Assembly: GCA_002269645.1 (NCBI GenBank)
Contig: NIVC01001697.1
Location: 124,001 to 188,000, forward strand
Direction of reading: 5' to 3'
DNA: 64,000 nucleotides
Origin: Macrostomum lignano
Taxonomy: Eukaryota
Positions 62,578 through 64,000 of this stretch are shown piece by piece (positions within the stretch are counted from its first letter, which is position 1; the number at the start of each line of letters is the position of its first letter). A program made the position numbers and the translations under genes. Below the pieces are notes generated by a model that ran no database searches, was not told the origin of the DNA, and worked only from the letters and a program-made list of their open reading frames with translations.

Positions 62578-63559
62578 TCAGACAAGCGACACCAGTTGGT
62601 ACTCGGCCTTGAGCTCGTCTTCCGGCATGCGTACCACGTGCACAAAAACTTTTTCAAATGCCTGGCCGGATTTCACAAGCTCGTAGAGCGGACTGTCCGG
62701 CAGCGGATCCAGCAGCTCGGTGGTCAGCAACAGACGGCCGTCGGACTCGGCCACGAGGTCCCAGTTGTCCCTGTTCAAGCGTACATTCTCGCCAGGATAA
62801 AATTGAAGCCCAATTTGGCGCAACACGACGTCGTTTGTTCGCACCTGGCGTGGTGGAGCGGTGAGTTGAGGGGAAGCTAGGTACTATGCGGTTCGGCCGA
62901 GGGACCATGATGAGGTGCAGCTGAGGGACCATGATGAGGTGCAGCTGAGGGACCATGATCAGGTGCAGCTGAGGAAACAAAATGAGGTGCAGCTAAGGGA
63001 TCATGATGAGGTGCAGCTGAGGGATCATGATGAGGTGCAGCTGAGGGATGATGATGAGGTGCACCTGAGGGATCATGATGAGGTGCAGCTGAGGGATCAG
63101 AATAAGGTGCAGCTGAGGGACTATGATGAGGTGCAGCTGAGGGACTATGATGAGGTGCAGCTGAGGGACTATGATGAGGTGCAGCTGAGGGACTATGATG
63201 AGGTGCAGCTGAGGGACCGTGATAAGTTTCAGCTGAGGGGACCATAGCGAGGAGCAAAAGATTCCAAAGAAGACTTCAAGGTAAAACAATCGGCCCCAAA
63301 AAAGGTTTTACCCTGGAGCCCTCGTTAACAGTGAAGCCGCGGTATTGGCTGTTGGGAATCGGGTGAACGTGACGGCCCTTGCGCCGTTTCGGATGATCCT
63401 CCAAATCCGGCACCTTCTTGACGCCGCCAGGGTAGCCGCGCCGCTGGCAGACGGAGGCAGCGGGATCAGCCGCCGCTGTCGCCGAAGCAAGCGGCGCTAG
63501 AAACAGGAGACGACGCAGCGCACAGCCGCAGTGGCTCGCGATAGCAGACTGGAGAGCAT
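62578..63559 (-). CDS. MRPL27: Mitochondrial ribosomal protein L27 (bL27m); exons 63559-63312 (one base short at ~63501-63503) and 62844-62578
   Basis: YRGFTVNEGSR|VRTNDVVLRQIGLQFYPGENV...EKVFVHVV resembles the bL27m pattern (G.K..EG..V..G.I..TQ..F..HPG..V...KTFVHVV). Phase-0 GT-AG intron. One extra T yields the targeting peptide MLSSLLSRATAAVRCVVSCFLAPLAS. Confidence 0.85.
62895..63245. repeat. 24-bp minisatellite (GATGAGGTGCAGCTGAGGGACCAT)n, ~14 copies, MRPL27 intron
   Basis: Read directly; lies inside intron 62845-63311. Confidence 0.94.
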
Positions 63560-63639
63560 TTAGTAGATCAGTTGTGAGCGATCTGGATTGCCAGCTCCCA
63601 CCATTGGCCTAAGCATCTAGACTAGAAGCTGGGTTGAAT

Positions 63640-64000
63640 GAGCTGGGAGAGTGCCATTAGCACCCAGAGAGGATATGGGAGAGTGACATTAGCATCCTAG
63701 AGAGGATTTCGGAGAGTTCCATTAGCATCCTAGAGAGGATCTGGGAGAGTGTCATTAGCACCCAAAGAGAATCTGGGAGAGTGCCATTAGCACCCAGAGA
63801 GGAGCTGGGAGAGCGCCATTAGCACCCAAAGAGAATCTGGGAGAGTGCCATTAGCACCCAGAGAGGATCTGGAAGAGTGCCATTAGCACCCAGAGAGGAT
63901 CTGGGAGTGTCATTAGCACCCAGAGAGGATCTGGGAGAGTGCCATTAGCACCCAGAGAGGATCTGGGAGAGTGTCATCTGCATCCAGAGAGGATCTGGGA
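63640..64000. repeat. 32-bp minisatellite (GGGAGAGTGCCATTAGCACCCAGAGAGGATCT)n running off the window end
   Basis: Read directly. Confidence 0.94.

Noticed and set aside
62877-63289. DEVQLRDH and PSAAPHH repeat ORFs
   Set aside because: 24-bp repeat lying wholly inside the GT-AG intron needed to join MRPL27 exons

Overview
Eukaryotic (metazoan) genomic DNA with GT-AG introns, GC- and CpG-rich exons, and introns packed with mini- and microsatellites. The style resembles a free-living flatworm such as Macrostomum (inference only). Hand-spliced genes: lysosomal alpha-mannosidase (GH38, minus, runs off the window start); CYRI/FAM49 (plus); a divergent galectin-like gene (minus) missed by the ORF track, possibly spliced onto a ~6.1-kb exon encoding a ~2,000-aa acidic disordered region with ~41 x 25-aa repeats; three tandem copies (~28.2-52.6 kb) of a secreted signal-PAN-Thr mucin-ALK/LTK-type glycine-rich-domain gene; mitochondrial ATP synthase subunit b; and mitochondrial ribosomal protein L27. 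Mobile DNA: a young 5'-truncated RTE LINE, an old CpG-eroded RTE-like LINE, a 3' fragment of an I/R1-like LINE, a solo LTR inside a minisatellite, and three tRNA-headed CORE-SINEs. Four reading frames are each one base short, which suggests long-read deletion errors. The most novel candidates are the triplicated PAN-mucin-GRD gene and the galectin-like/giant-repeat gene. All homology calls come from recalled motifs; no database search was run.
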